Position numbers and translations under genes: made by a program | Shown here: positions 37,728 to 47,661 of the stretch, in pieces | Numbering within the stretch: the stretch's first letter is position 1 | Layout: every line of letters begins with the position of its first letter | NCBI GenBank assembly: GCA_964353135.1 | Contig: CAYGTV010000001.1 | Location: 151,138-215,137 of the forward strand | From: an uncultured Candidatus Saccharibacteria bacterium | Lineage (GTDB): Bacteria; Patescibacteriota; Minisyncoccia; Phycocordibacterales; UBA918 | Length of the DNA: 64,000 nt | Direction of reading: 5' to 3' | The notes under the pieces: generated by a model | Databases searched by the model: none | The model's input: the letters and a program-made list of their open reading frames with translations, nothing else | What the model was told of the DNA's origin: nothing

Positions 37728-38251
37728 GACAAGAACGACCGCTCTTTGATCGAATCATCGCTGATTTCAAACAGTTCACGACCGACTGCTTTCAGCATGT
37801 CAGCGGTCATTCCAGAGATCATCTGGTCAAACCACGGCTGTACGCCCGAGAACGCAACGACCAGACCGTGCCGCTTCACACCGCCCCAGTATGGAGTATC
37901 ATTTGGAAACAGCAGGTGTGCATTGGAGTCGGTTTGTCCGTCATCATTACGACCCTGCCAGAGCTGGAGCGCTTTGCAGCGAGCAATCTCGTCGAACGGA
38001 TATGCCCAGTCTGACTTCTCGCCCACGCTTTGTTCATGCAAAAGATATGGACTGACTGGGTAGTTCGGCCAGTTGGGATAGTCGGCCTCACGCACGTCTT
38101 CCATCGACGGTACGAGGATGACCAGGTGTCCTTCTTGACGTTTGATCATGTAACCAAAACTGTGACGATCGTCATTCAGCAGCGTTGCATTCAGAACTTG
38201 AGTGCTGACCTGTGCTGCAATGTCACGAGTGAGAAATTTGGGAATGAACAT
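37724..38251 (-). CDS. Hypothetical protein, possible GlcG/HbpS-like fold
   Basis: A..KA...W..GG....GLVVAFSG....D; AAGGAG SD; 4-nt overlap with the asparaginase gene. Confidence 0.6.
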   Translation of the reverse strand: MFIPKFLTRDIAAQVSTQVLNATLLNDDRHSFGYMIKRQEGHLVILVPSMEDVREADYPNWPNYPVSPYLLHEQSVGEKSDWAYPFDEIARCKALQLWQGRNDDGQTDSNAHLLFPNDTPYWGGVKRHGLVVAFSGVQPWFDQMISGMTADMLKAVGRELFEISDDSIKERSFLS

Positions 38252-38466
38252 GGTAACTCTCCTTATTGGTGGATGTGATGCCAAAATGGCGGGAACTTAT
38301 AGGACGGCAGGCCGACCAGAAGCTGGTTGCACAATACAATAAATATCTAAAACAGTAAATAGCATACGGAGGTCCTTCCTCGGTAGCCATTTGACAAATT
38401 AGTTTTTTAACGTATTATATTAGGAGGAGATCAAAACAACGGATTGGTTCAAAAGGAGACTATCTC

Positions 38467-38745
38467 ATGAACACGCAACCAACTACTGACCAACCAGAGG
38501 TAATTCACCTGATTACATCAGCGCAACTTGCAGCTTTACCCAAAGGAACTAAATTGATGGGTATTGATGCAGTAGAAGCTGTTGTGGGTGACAAAGCTCT
38601 GGAAAAAGAAGAGACCCGCGGCGGTTATCTGCCTTTTGGCTTCATCGATGGAACCGAGCCTTCTGACTTGGTATTGCGTCGGTGGAAAATCGACTACGCC
38701 AACGTCGACATGCAAAAGAAACTGGGTATTGGTAACTACAAGTGA
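38467..38745 (+). CDS. Hypothetical protein (orphan cassette)
   Basis: TTGACA..TATTAT promoter, AAGGAG SD, terminator at 38753-38781. Confidence 0.8.
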   Translation: MNTQPTTDQPEVIHLITSAQLAALPKGTKLMGIDAVEAVVGDKALEKEETRGGYLPFGFIDGTEPSDLVLRRWKIDYANVDMQKKLGIGNYK

Positions 38746-38900
38746 TCCACCCAAAAGGCCGTTCAATTGAGCGGCTTTTTTGATGTGATTACTGCTAGTG
38801 AGTATTTTAAAAAGACTTTGCCTAAGTAATTTCAAACCACTTTTGTCCGCAATTTGGCGGGCAAATTGCGGGTAAAGCAACATAAAAGCAATTATCCTCA

Positions 38901-39410
38901 TCAGTTTTCTAGATACTGTCGAGCAGTTTCAAGAATAGCTATGTCTCTTGGAACCATATACGCCTTGGCCAGTTTATGTTCGGCTTTGCTTGATTGTAAA
39001 GATTGCAACGCTTCTTCGTAGGGAAGCCAGGTTACTTCAAATCCCTCAGCGATCTCGCTTTCTGTAAAATCAGGAATTCCTTTGGCACCAACTAATTTTG
39101 CCAGATAGCAATAAGATATTTGGTGAGTTTGGTACATTTTCCGCCATTCATTAACTAACCCAATTTCCGTTAGCACTTCTATATCACAACCGATCTCTTC
39201 AATGCATTCACGTTTCAAAGCGACTATTTTATCGATATCATCATCTAAACCTCCACCGGGTAGTTTGTAGTAATCAGTTGTGGTGGCGTGTAAGAGAGCG
39301 ACATTATTATCATTATCCAATACAACTGCCCGAGCAGCTTCTCTCAGTCTGTATGATTGTAATTCAACTTCAGTCACGTTCTCTGGATTAAGGAGTGCTA
39401 TTTCTTGCAT
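38901..39410 (-). CDS. NUDIX hydrolase
   Basis: LPGGG......ALKRECIEEIG Nudix box. Confidence 0.9.
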   Translation of the reverse strand: MQEIALLNPENVTEVELQSYRLREAARAVVLDNDNNVALLHATTTDYYKLPGGGLDDDIDKIVALKRECIEEIGCDIEVLTEIGLVNEWRKMYQTHQISYCYLAKLVGAKGIPDFTESEIAEGFEVTWLPYEEALQSLQSSKAEHKLAKAYMVPRDIAILETARQYLEN

Positions 39411-39442
39411 ATGATGATTATAGCAAAAGCTGATATTTTTAA

Positions 39443-39919
39443 CTAATCAACCCTGGTATATTGCAATACCCCACCTCTACCGAGATATACAAGCTCTAGG
39501 GTATTTTCATCCAGGGTAGTAATTGAGTAATGGTACTGCTCGCCGCTATCGTCGATTAGTACATAAGTCGTGTCCTCATCTAATGGTTGCTGGTAGCTGT
39601 CTACTGGGTCATCTGTCCTAAATAATCTCCAGGTACCAGCAGTCTCAATGAGCTGCTCTGCAGTGTAGCGCTCTATTACAGTTCCGTCTGCCAAAAACAC
39701 CTTGTATGAATTTGGATCTTGGGCGCTTTGCCATTCACCGACCAAGAGAGTCTTTGATTGTTTATAATCTACAACACCTTCTGATTCTGGTTCTAAAGTG
39801 ACAGGTTGAACTAGTGGGGTAGAAGCGGGGTCAGGCGTTGTGTCAGTGTTGGTAATACTATATACACCTACTAACGCTACCAAAATAAGCAGCAGTACTA
39901 TAATCGTTTTTTGCTTCAT
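39443..39919 (-). CDS. Exported lipocalin-like hypothetical protein
   Basis: Signal anchor; LLVGEWQ, F.ADG, GTW, L...TLEL. Confidence 0.65.
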   Translation of the reverse strand: MKQKTIIVLLLILVALVGVYSITNTDTTPDPASTPLVQPVTLEPESEGVVDYKQSKTLLVGEWQSAQDPNSYKVFLADGTVIERYTAEQLIETAGTWRLFRTDDPVDSYQQPLDEDTTYVLIDDSGEQYHYSITTLDENTLELVYLGRGGVLQYTRVD

Positions 39920-40004
39920 AGGGAAAATGTTTATTTGGCTTAGTATACAGGAGGGGTGGGTGTGGCTAAGGAGGGCTTCAGGAAGTTAGCGTAGACGGAA
40001 TGGC

Positions 40005-41714
40005 TTAAAACAAACGTTGAGTAAACTGGTTCACTACACTTTCGCTCCGAATATAGTCACGTATTTGCTCACGCGTGGTCACACTTGATTCGGATATAAT
40101 TTGATCAAGACATTGTGCCGTTTTTTCAATGTGTTTAACGAATAACTCGTTGTCTTGTAGGGTTGCCATGATTGCATTTCTGACATCTTTTTGTTTAGCT
40201 AACTTAGCATCTAAAATAGTTGGTGTTTGCCAGTGCTCTCTAATTAGCGCATATAATGCGTAAAACCTGAAAATCACCCGTGATCTATCAATTTTTCCAG
40301 ATCGAATTAGATAATCAAATTTGTAGAGAGCAAGGGCAGCAACATGGTATAGCTCTACGTTATGGTCTTCTAAAAAGATTCGTGTCGAAAATTCTTTGCG
40401 GATACCTCTGTGGTCCCGGGCTGCTCTGTGGGGTTGGTAAAAAAACATAGCAGCAGCAACCTTCATTAGGTCAGACGGTCGCAAAATTCTTGTTCTCTCA
40501 ATAGAAATGTCTCTGTACTGATTGTCTCTTCGTTCAATGAAAATACGTGCATCACCACTTTGTGCAAAGCAGTATTCTTCAATATCTTTCATGAATGGTG
40601 ATAGTGCCCAAAATTGATCGTCTCGTACTTCATTTTGTCTGTTAGTCCCTACAATAATACTGGAAACAAAACCTGCGTCACTGGAACCAACTAGTCTAAG
40701 TGGTACAGAAACGTTAGCAATTTTGTCACGTGCATGAGCTAAAATATTCGTAGTCTGGCAACCGTTGACAATTTGATAATCTTCTAGTGTAAATTTATCA
40801 CCCTTACGAATTATATTTTTGGACACGATGGTGATGCCGTTATTTTTAAAGACGAAAGAATCACCCTTTGCTGATTCTAGCTCTGAAATAATTGATTTAT
40901 TAATTTCTGAATTCGGATTAAAATCTCTCACATTATCATAAAATAGTGATCTGTTTATGTGTGCAACACCGTCTTGGTCAGGTTCTCCTAGAGCTACTGC
41001 TAATATTTCTTCGGCAGGTACATAGCCAATATAAGCCTCGTCTACCTTTTCATGCGCTGGCATTGTCACTGATTGTTGAAAGTTTAATGTCGCTGATGAA
41101 GAGTTTGTCGCTGATCTAAAACCATTAAGAATATCTTTAGCTCCGACGCACTTAATCTCAACAGTACCAAATATGTTTAGATCACTTAGCTGAGCCTTTT
41201 TTGTATCAATTAGCTGCTGAATTAGCTCTGACACAAGTCCAGGTCCCGTTGTACAGTAATAGCATACCAAAGACGGACTAACTTTGGCTGCCGACGCATA
41301 AATCTGGTCTTTTACTTCTATTAGACTTTCTATTTGTACACCTTTTACTAATTTGCACTCAGTAAAAAAATCATACACAGCGTCCAAAAACTTTGAAATT
41401 TCACCATAATCCAGCTTGGCACTGGTCTTTGACTGATAAAAGTGCAGATCAGAAGTGTGGTTCTTCCCAGTTGAAAGTGCGTCTATTGCTTCGTCGACAT
41501 CTGTACACAGAGTACCTTGAATCGAGATTGCAATACCATCAACACCGAACTCAGAACCTTTAAGGTGTGCGCCAAACGGGTCAATGTTTTCCCCTAATAT
41601 GCCGTTTTCTATAGCAAAAATTGACATTACTTCAAAAAGCTCAGACTCAGACAGTGTTTCGCTCGGATTTTTTTCTTTAAATGTTTTGAGTTGCGCTTTT
41701 ACAATTGGATTCAT
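40005..41714 (-). CDS. AIPR family (abortive infection phage resistance) protein
   Basis: GVDGI, YQSKTS, NVRDF, NNGITIV, QIVNGCQT, TNRQN; AT-rich. Confidence 0.85.
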   Translation of the reverse strand: MNPIVKAQLKTFKEKNPSETLSESELFEVMSIFAIENGILGENIDPFGAHLKGSEFGVDGIAISIQGTLCTDVDEAIDALSTGKNHTSDLHFYQSKTSAKLDYGEISKFLDAVYDFFTECKLVKGVQIESLIEVKDQIYASAAKVSPSLVCYYCTTGPGLVSELIQQLIDTKKAQLSDLNIFGTVEIKCVGAKDILNGFRSATNSSSATLNFQQSVTMPAHEKVDEAYIGYVPAEEILAVALGEPDQDGVAHINRSLFYDNVRDFNPNSEINKSIISELESAKGDSFVFKNNGITIVSKNIIRKGDKFTLEDYQIVNGCQTTNILAHARDKIANVSVPLRLVGSSDAGFVSSIIVGTNRQNEVRDDQFWALSPFMKDIEEYCFAQSGDARIFIERRDNQYRDISIERTRILRPSDLMKVAAAMFFYQPHRAARDHRGIRKEFSTRIFLEDHNVELYHVAALALYKFDYLIRSGKIDRSRVIFRFYALYALIREHWQTPTILDAKLAKQKDVRNAIMATLQDNELFVKHIEKTAQCLDQIISESSVTTREQIRDYIRSESVVNQFTQRLF

Positions 41715-41847
41715 AAACGAAGTATTAGCTAATTTGGAAATACGTACCTTGTTCAGAAGCATATCATAATTATCACTTTATAAGCTATTTACGTAAAATT
41801 CAGAATTTTGTCAGACTTTGGTGGCTTGGGTTGCTAAATGAAGCTGT

Positions 41848-42262
41848 GAATCGGTCACCATCGCACAGTATTCCTGCGTTCTGTGAACTTGAAACTACTG
41901 TGCGAAGCGACCCTTAAACAGTTTGGGGAACTGTCTAAAATCTATAAGGCTTCGCCAGAAGCTATTTTCGATTCCACGTGGTGAGGCGGTGTTTTGGTCA
42001 CGAATCGCAAAGCATAATGCTGCATTTCATGCAGATTCTATTATGCGTTCTTGAGCATCCCACGGGGAGTATCGATCCCTACAGGATCAGTACACCTTTT
42101 GGTTAGATTGATAGAGGTGTGGGAATCGGTCACCTCTGCATCTGTATTTTCTACGTTCTTTGAACTTGAAACTACAGTGCGACGCGACCCCGCCGCTTCT
42201 GTGCGGACAAAAGGCTTTTTGTCCGGCTTCGCCAGAAGCTTTTTTCGATTCCCCGTGGGACC
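41848..42262. repeat. Two degenerate ~135-nt tRNA-associated repeat units
   Basis: 41848-41981 and 42123-42262 share GAATCGGTCACC, TGAACTTGAAACTAC, GGCTTCGCCAGAAGCT, TTCGATTCC(A/C)CGTGG. Confidence 0.85.
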
Positions 42263-42312
42263 TACAAACAGCAACAGCCAGAATGCTTGCGCATATCTGG
42301 CTGGCTGATTTG

Positions 42313-42384
42313 TGATCCCACGGGGAATCGAACCCCGATTACAAGAATGAGAATCTTGTGTCCTAGCCGTTAGACGATGGGACC
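42313..42384 (-). tRNA. tRNA-Glu(CTC)
   Basis: GGTCCCA acceptor, CAAGA-TTCTCAT-TCTTG anticodon arm, GGTTCGATTCC T-arm; CCA not encoded. Confidence 0.95.
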
Positions 42385-42499
42385 GTTGCCCATAGTTATA
42401 GCAGAAAATGTTCAGTTGGAAAACTAAAAACGTGGATTAGACTGGTTTGTGTATGGTATGCTGACAACATAAAACGATTATACAGATAATAAACGACCT

Positions 42500-42754
42500 A
42501 TGGGATTTTTAAGTAATTTATTTGGAGGAGCAAAAGAGGCAGCTAATGATGCTGCGGACATGGCTGGAAACGCAGCCGAAGGGGCAGCAGATATGGCGAG
42601 TGACACTGGTGCATATGTAGCTGACACAGTTTCAGACGGTGTAGATATGGCGGCTGACGCTGGTGCGTCTGCAATGGACACAGCTGAAGATATGGCGGAA
42701 ACAGTCTCGGACGAAGTGTCTGACATGACGGATGAAGATTCTACCCTAAACTAG
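42500..42754 (+). CDS. Small acidic LEA-like repeat protein
   Basis: A/D/M-rich with about 11-aa periodicity. Confidence 0.7.
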   Translation: MGFLSNLFGGAKEAANDAADMAGNAAEGAADMASDTGAYVADTVSDGVDMAADAGASAMDTAEDMAETVSDEVSDMTDEDSTLN

Positions 42755-42820
42755 GTAGGTCGTAGGGGCTGTAGGTTCCACACATAAACAAACAGCGCGG
42801 ACATGTGTCCGCGCTGTTTG

Positions 42821-44725
42821 TTAGTTTGTTTTCCGCATCGTGGCTTTGATGTCAAAGCGAGGGTTTACCTTTTTCCCTGGGTTAAATACATCGTGTGGAT
42901 CAAAGATATGTTCAGTTTGTTCAAACAGTCCAAGCATTTTGGCCGAAAACATTTTACTCAGGTGTGGGGTACGGATGATGCCGTCGTTATGTTCGCCACA
43001 GATGTTCCCGTCGTATTTGACTGCTGTTTTAAAGAACTTCTCTGCCATCTTTTCTACCAGTTCTGGGGTTTTCTTGTTGGTGAAATCAAGCAGGGGATAG
43101 AAGTGGAAGTGGCCGTTGCCACCGTGACCGTGAACTGCTGCTGTTACTCCAAATTCTTTGAGGAGGTTCTTGATTTCTTTAAAGAATTTTGACAGGTTTT
43201 CTGGTGGAACTGTCATGTCTTCGAGGAAGGCCGCTGGACGTTTACCAGGATCCTGGAATTTAGACAGGGTGTAGCTAGCGCGGCGGATTTGCCAGTACAT
43301 TTCCCGTTCGACTGGGTTTTTGACCAGTCGTGGCTTGACGGTGTCACTCGCAATACTGGCTACCAACTCTCGTTCACCAACATCAGCCACGGTGTCTTCG
43401 TCTAAGGTGACAAGCACAATGAATTCTGGGACTTTGCGACGGAATCGAACGTGGTACGTGGTGTACATTGACAGCATGGTGCGGTAGTACGCGGCACCAT
43501 CGAGCCGGTCTTTAAAGAATGAAGGGTTTTTAAGGGCTAGGTCAAACGATAGGGCATCAAATACTTCGACGTTGATTGGGTCGTGCTTGAGCGCTTTAAC
43601 AATCGCGTCTGCCGCGTCGTCGAGGTTGAAAATAGGTAGGGCAATCAGTGAGGTGTGTTTAGGGATCGGGATCGCTTTCATCGTCAGTTTGGTGATGATG
43701 CCAATGGTGCCTTGGCTACCAGCGATCAAGCGGGTGAGATCAAATACACCGGTACCTTTTTTGAATTTTGCCACTCCTTCGGGCATCACGCTCCACAGTG
43801 GGTAACCGGCCGAGTTTTTAGCGGTGTGCGGCTTGCCGTTTTTGATTTCTTTTTCATTTTTTGCGATCAGATCGAAAATTTCTTTGGCAATGCGGGCGTG
43901 TTCGTGGTCTTGTTTCAAGAGTAGTTTGAACTCTCGGGCTGTGAGAGCTTTGATGGTGTAGGTGTGGCCATCGTGTAGTACAACGTCCATTGATTCAACC
44001 CACTCTGCTGTGTGGCCGTATCGGAGTGAATCTGGACCAGCTGCGTTGTTGCCAACCGCCCCGCCGATACTACAGATATCCTTGGAAGCAGGGAACGAAG
44101 GAATGTACGCTCCGTTACGTTTTAGTTTCTTTTCGAGGTCTCGCCACATCGCACCTGGTTCGGTTTGGATGTAGACAATGTCTTTCTTTTTGGTGACCTC
44201 ACCAATTTTCTGCATATGCGCACACATGTCGATCACGATCGAGTCAGTCAGGGCACCTCCACCCAAACCAGTCCCAGCTGCGCGTGGCGTCAGTGATAAT
44301 GACGGGAATTGCTCAACGTTTTCTGCTACAACTTTGGCCGCAATCTGGACGTCTTGGCGGTTTTTTGGTTGCAGTACGACCTGGGGTCGGATCGAGAAGA
44401 TACTCTCGTCAGTGCTATACGCATCTAACAATGAGTTTTTAGAAGAGATGCCGCCGCGGAAACCAGCTTCGCGGAATAATTTGGCAATTAAAAGGTGGCC
44501 AAGCGGATGGTTGCCGTTTGAGCCTTTTGCCGCTGATGCTGCTTTTGGAGTAGTTTTTTTAGCAGCTTTCTTTGGTGCCTGTTTGACTACTAGTTTAGCT
44601 GGCGCCCGTTTTGCGACGGGTTTCTTTGTGACTTTACTAGTAATAGCCACCTGTTTGGCTTTGGTAGCTGTTTTGCGAGTAGTGGTGCGTGTGGCTTTCA
44701 CAGCCGTTGAAGAACGAGTAGGCAT
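42821..44725 (-). CDS. FAD-linked oxidase (GlcD/D-lactate dehydrogenase-like) with basic N-terminal tail
   Basis: PRAAGTGLGG, SIGGAVGNNAAG, GSQGT, HGHGGNGHFH, GEHNDG, DP..VFNPGK. Confidence 0.88.
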   Translation of the reverse strand: MPTRSSTAVKATRTTTRKTATKAKQVAITSKVTKKPVAKRAPAKLVVKQAPKKAAKKTTPKAASAAKGSNGNHPLGHLLIAKLFREAGFRGGISSKNSLLDAYSTDESIFSIRPQVVLQPKNRQDVQIAAKVVAENVEQFPSLSLTPRAAGTGLGGGALTDSIVIDMCAHMQKIGEVTKKKDIVYIQTEPGAMWRDLEKKLKRNGAYIPSFPASKDICSIGGAVGNNAAGPDSLRYGHTAEWVESMDVVLHDGHTYTIKALTAREFKLLLKQDHEHARIAKEIFDLIAKNEKEIKNGKPHTAKNSAGYPLWSVMPEGVAKFKKGTGVFDLTRLIAGSQGTIGIITKLTMKAIPIPKHTSLIALPIFNLDDAADAIVKALKHDPINVEVFDALSFDLALKNPSFFKDRLDGAAYYRTMLSMYTTYHVRFRRKVPEFIVLVTLDEDTVADVGERELVASIASDTVKPRLVKNPVEREMYWQIRRASYTLSKFQDPGKRPAAFLEDMTVPPENLSKFFKEIKNLLKEFGVTAAVHGHGGNGHFHFYPLLDFTNKKTPELVEKMAEKFFKTAVKYDGNICGEHNDGIIRTPHLSKMFSAKMLGLFEQTEHIFDPHDVFNPGKKVNPRFDIKATMRKTN

Positions 44726-44817
44726 TACCCTGATTATAACGCGGATTAATTATGAAAAGCGGGAAGTAGTCCCCAGGGAAAAGGTTTTCGCCCCGCACAT
44801 GGTGCGGGGCGAGAGGT

Positions 44818-45141
44818 TCAACCGTTTCTCTTTCCGGTTGTTGAGTAATAACCAAACTCAACAAACCTGATTGTGGGTTCCTTGTCGGCAAAGTACATGA
44901 CCATACGAGCGGTATCGTTGTCGACAATACCGTTTTCAATACGAATGCATAGAAATGCTAGCTGCGCGCTCTGGTCAATAGAGCTGTGGTCTGAGTGCCT
45001 TGAGCAACTGTACCCAGGCATCGCACTTTGGCGGAGATGTTCCGCGGCGTCGTACCCGCTGGGTGGGTTATCCGCAATGTTTGCAGTTGGGAAGAACAGA
45101 AGGGTTGCTACACCCAGGACGAGTAGTCTGTTTGTGCGCAT
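44818..45141 (-). CDS. Exported hypothetical protein (orphan cassette)
   Basis: Signal peptide, AAGGAGG SD, TTGCCT..TATTAT promoter, hairpin downstream. Confidence 0.75.
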   Translation of the reverse strand: MRTNRLLVLGVATLLFFPTANIADNPPSGYDAAEHLRQSAMPGYSCSRHSDHSSIDQSAQLAFLCIRIENGIVDNDTARMVMYFADKEPTIRFVEFGYYSTTGKRNG

Positions 45142-45253
45142 AGTATCCTCCTTGATCTGGCGCTATAAAAATATAATAGCGTAAAAACAAGATCAGGCAA
45201 AGAAAAACGCCCCAGCTGCTGCCGGGGCGTTTTGATGCTCGTCTTCTTATAAA

Positions 45254-45703
45254 TCAGTACATCTGAGCACCTAGGGCTGCGCGGAGTTCCGAGACGTCGA
45301 TGCCAGGCCCTATGATCAGCAGGATCGGTTCGTCGTCTACTTCTGCCAGCTGCCAATCACCGTATATAGTGAGAACCTTTTTCCCTTCAATCTGTTTGAA
45401 GGTTTCGCGGATGTGTTTGTGGAAAGCCTGTGTGACAGCCTTTCCCTCATTTTCGTTGCGCTGTTTTTCTGCAAGCAGCGCTTGGTTTTGCTGGTCGCCG
45501 CGAAGTTTTTCACAGATACTGTCAAATTCGCACCGAAGTTCATGCAAAAGCAGCAGAAGATGACAACCTCCCGGAGGGGTCTGGCCGACAGATTCAGTAG
45601 CTCCCTGGGCTGCTACTTGTGACAAAAAGTCGGGGACGTCTGGACGTTTTGTCTGTGCAAGAGCAGCAGCGATGCGGGTTTCAATGTCTGTTGGTGCGTT
45701 CAT
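45254..45703 (-). CDS. Hypothetical protein (orphan cassette)
   Basis: AGGAGG SD, TTGACT promoter, terminator at about 45203-45233. Confidence 0.78.
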   Translation of the reverse strand: MNAPTDIETRIAAALAQTKRPDVPDFLSQVAAQGATESVGQTPPGGCHLLLLLHELRCEFDSICEKLRGDQQNQALLAEKQRNENEGKAVTQAFHKHIRETFKQIEGKKVLTIYGDWQLAEVDDEPILLIIGPGIDVSELRAALGAQMY

Positions 45704-45807
45704 GTGTTTTTCCTCCTGTCATGAATGCGAAAAAGAACTGCCGCCTAAAATACAATAAAAAATTTTTAAAGTCAATATTTCTATATCGTGTTAGAATGCT
45801 TCCACTT

Positions 45808-47514
45808 ATGACTCAAGACCGGGCGTTGGATATTCTCAAGACAGGCGCAAATGTATTTCTGACCGGGGAACCGGGGGCGGGAAAAACCTACGTGATCAAC
45901 CAGTACATCAACTACCTGGAAGCGGCTGGACTGTCGGTCGCGGTGACTGCGTCAACCGGAATTGCTGCCACCCACATCGGAGGGATGACGATTCACTCTT
46001 GGAGTGGGGTAGGGATCAAGGATTATTTGTCACCGGCGGACCTCGATGCAATTGCTGGTAGGGAAAAGGTGGTCAAGCGGGTGAAAGCCGCGCAGGTGTT
46101 AGTGATCGACGAGATTTCGATGCTTGATGGGAAAATCCTCAACTCTGTCAACAAGATCCTTAAGACAATCCGCAACAGCGAAGAGCCATTTGGTGGCATC
46201 CAGGTGGTCTGCATTGGGGACTTTTTCCAGCTGCCACCAGTGACCAGGCAGGGCGACATCATGACCTACGCCTTTATGAGTGAAGCGTGGTTGGCGCTCA
46301 AGCCACTGATTTGCTATTTGTCCGAGCAGCATCGACAAGAAGACGAGATTTTTCTCGGGCTACTCAACTCGATCCGCCGCAACGAGATCGAAGAAGATCA
46401 CTACACTCTGCTGGAAGAACAAAAAGAAATCGCGTACGAAGATATCGAACCAACTAGGCTCTATACTCACAACGCCGACGTTGATGCGGTGAACAACGCA
46501 AAACTAGCGGAGCTGCCCGGGCCGATTCGTAAATTCCAGATGGAAGGCAAGGGGAGTAAACCGTTGGTAGAAGGGTTGGTGAAAAACTGTCTCTCGCCGC
46601 AGATGTTGGAATTAAAAGAAGACGCGATGGTGATGTGTACCAAAAACAACTTTGAAGTTGGATACGTAAACGGTACGTTGGCGCGGGTAGTGCGGTTTGA
46701 TGACGGCCAGCCAGTAATCGAAACCACCGATGGTAAAGAAATCACCATGCAAACCACTACCTGGGAAATTGCTGAAGATAATAAAGTCCTAGCCAGTATC
46801 GAACAGTTGCCGCTACGGCTCGCCTGGGCGATTACCGTCCACAAAAGTCAGGGAATGTCGCTCGATGCGGCCGAGATTGATTTGAGTAAAGCATTTGTGT
46901 ATGGGCAAGGGTATGTTGCGTTGTCGCGGGTGCGGTCGCTGGCTGGTCTCAAGGTGTTGGGGATGCACCCAAACGCGTTGCAGGTTGACCCGCTCGTGGT
47001 CGCAGCAGACGTGCGGTTTCGAGCCTTAACCGAAGAAGCTGACGATGCGTTTGAGCAAATGGAAGACGAGGAAGTAAATGAAATGCACGAGCGTTTCATT
47101 GTGGCTCATGGCGGAAAGGTGCCAACCGAAGATGATTTAAAAAAGTCGCATAAGACTAAGGTGGCTAAAGCAAAAACCGATACCTATACGCTCACCAAAG
47201 AATTATTGCTCGAAGAACGAGACATTGCTGATATAGCCAACCTGCGCGATATGACCGAAGCTACCGTCTGGAGTCATGTCGAAAAACTCGTGAGTGATGG
47301 GGTAGTAACGGCTGATCAGATTGTGCATCTAGAACCAACCGGCTGGAGCGAAGCACGTCCAGTTTTATATAAAGCCATCGAGGCGTGTGGGACTGAAAAA
47401 CTGAAACCAATTTTCGAGGCGTGCGATGAGGAGTATGACTACAACCTAGTCCGTCTGGCTCGGATGCAGTGGTTGTTGGAAAATGGAGGAGGTGGGGAAG
47501 ATCAACCGTTTTAA
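45808..47514 (+). CDS. Pif1-like SF1B helicase with C-terminal HTH
   Basis: TGEPGAGKT, ASTGIAA, IDEISM, GDFFQLPPV, WAITVHKSQG, YVALSR. Confidence 0.92.
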   Translation: MTQDRALDILKTGANVFLTGEPGAGKTYVINQYINYLEAAGLSVAVTASTGIAATHIGGMTIHSWSGVGIKDYLSPADLDAIAGREKVVKRVKAAQVLVIDEISMLDGKILNSVNKILKTIRNSEEPFGGIQVVCIGDFFQLPPVTRQGDIMTYAFMSEAWLALKPLICYLSEQHRQEDEIFLGLLNSIRRNEIEEDHYTLLEEQKEIAYEDIEPTRLYTHNADVDAVNNAKLAELPGPIRKFQMEGKGSKPLVEGLVKNCLSPQMLELKEDAMVMCTKNNFEVGYVNGTLARVVRFDDGQPVIETTDGKEITMQTTTWEIAEDNKVLASIEQLPLRLAWAITVHKSQGMSLDAAEIDLSKAFVYGQGYVALSRVRSLAGLKVLGMHPNALQVDPLVVAADVRFRALTEEADDAFEQMEDEEVNEMHERFIVAHGGKVPTEDDLKKSHKTKVAKAKTDTYTLTKELLLEERDIADIANLRDMTEATVWSHVEKLVSDGVVTADQIVHLEPTGWSEARPVLYKAIEACGTEKLKPIFEACDEEYDYNLVRLARMQWLLENGGGGEDQPF

Positions 47515-47661
47515 AAAAGACTGAGGCATCGCTTTCTTCAGACGCGAGTCAAGCTCTATACTCAAAATGAATAAAGATTCATTTCTCCGTAATGTCTTCA
47601 GAAAGCAATGCAGCAGTCCTTTTGGGCAAAATTTCGGGCGGCCCACTGGGCCGCCCGTTTG

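Noticed and set aside
41848-42262. CRISPR array
   Set aside because: Only two long degenerate units, no short identical repeats with regular spacers, and no cas genes
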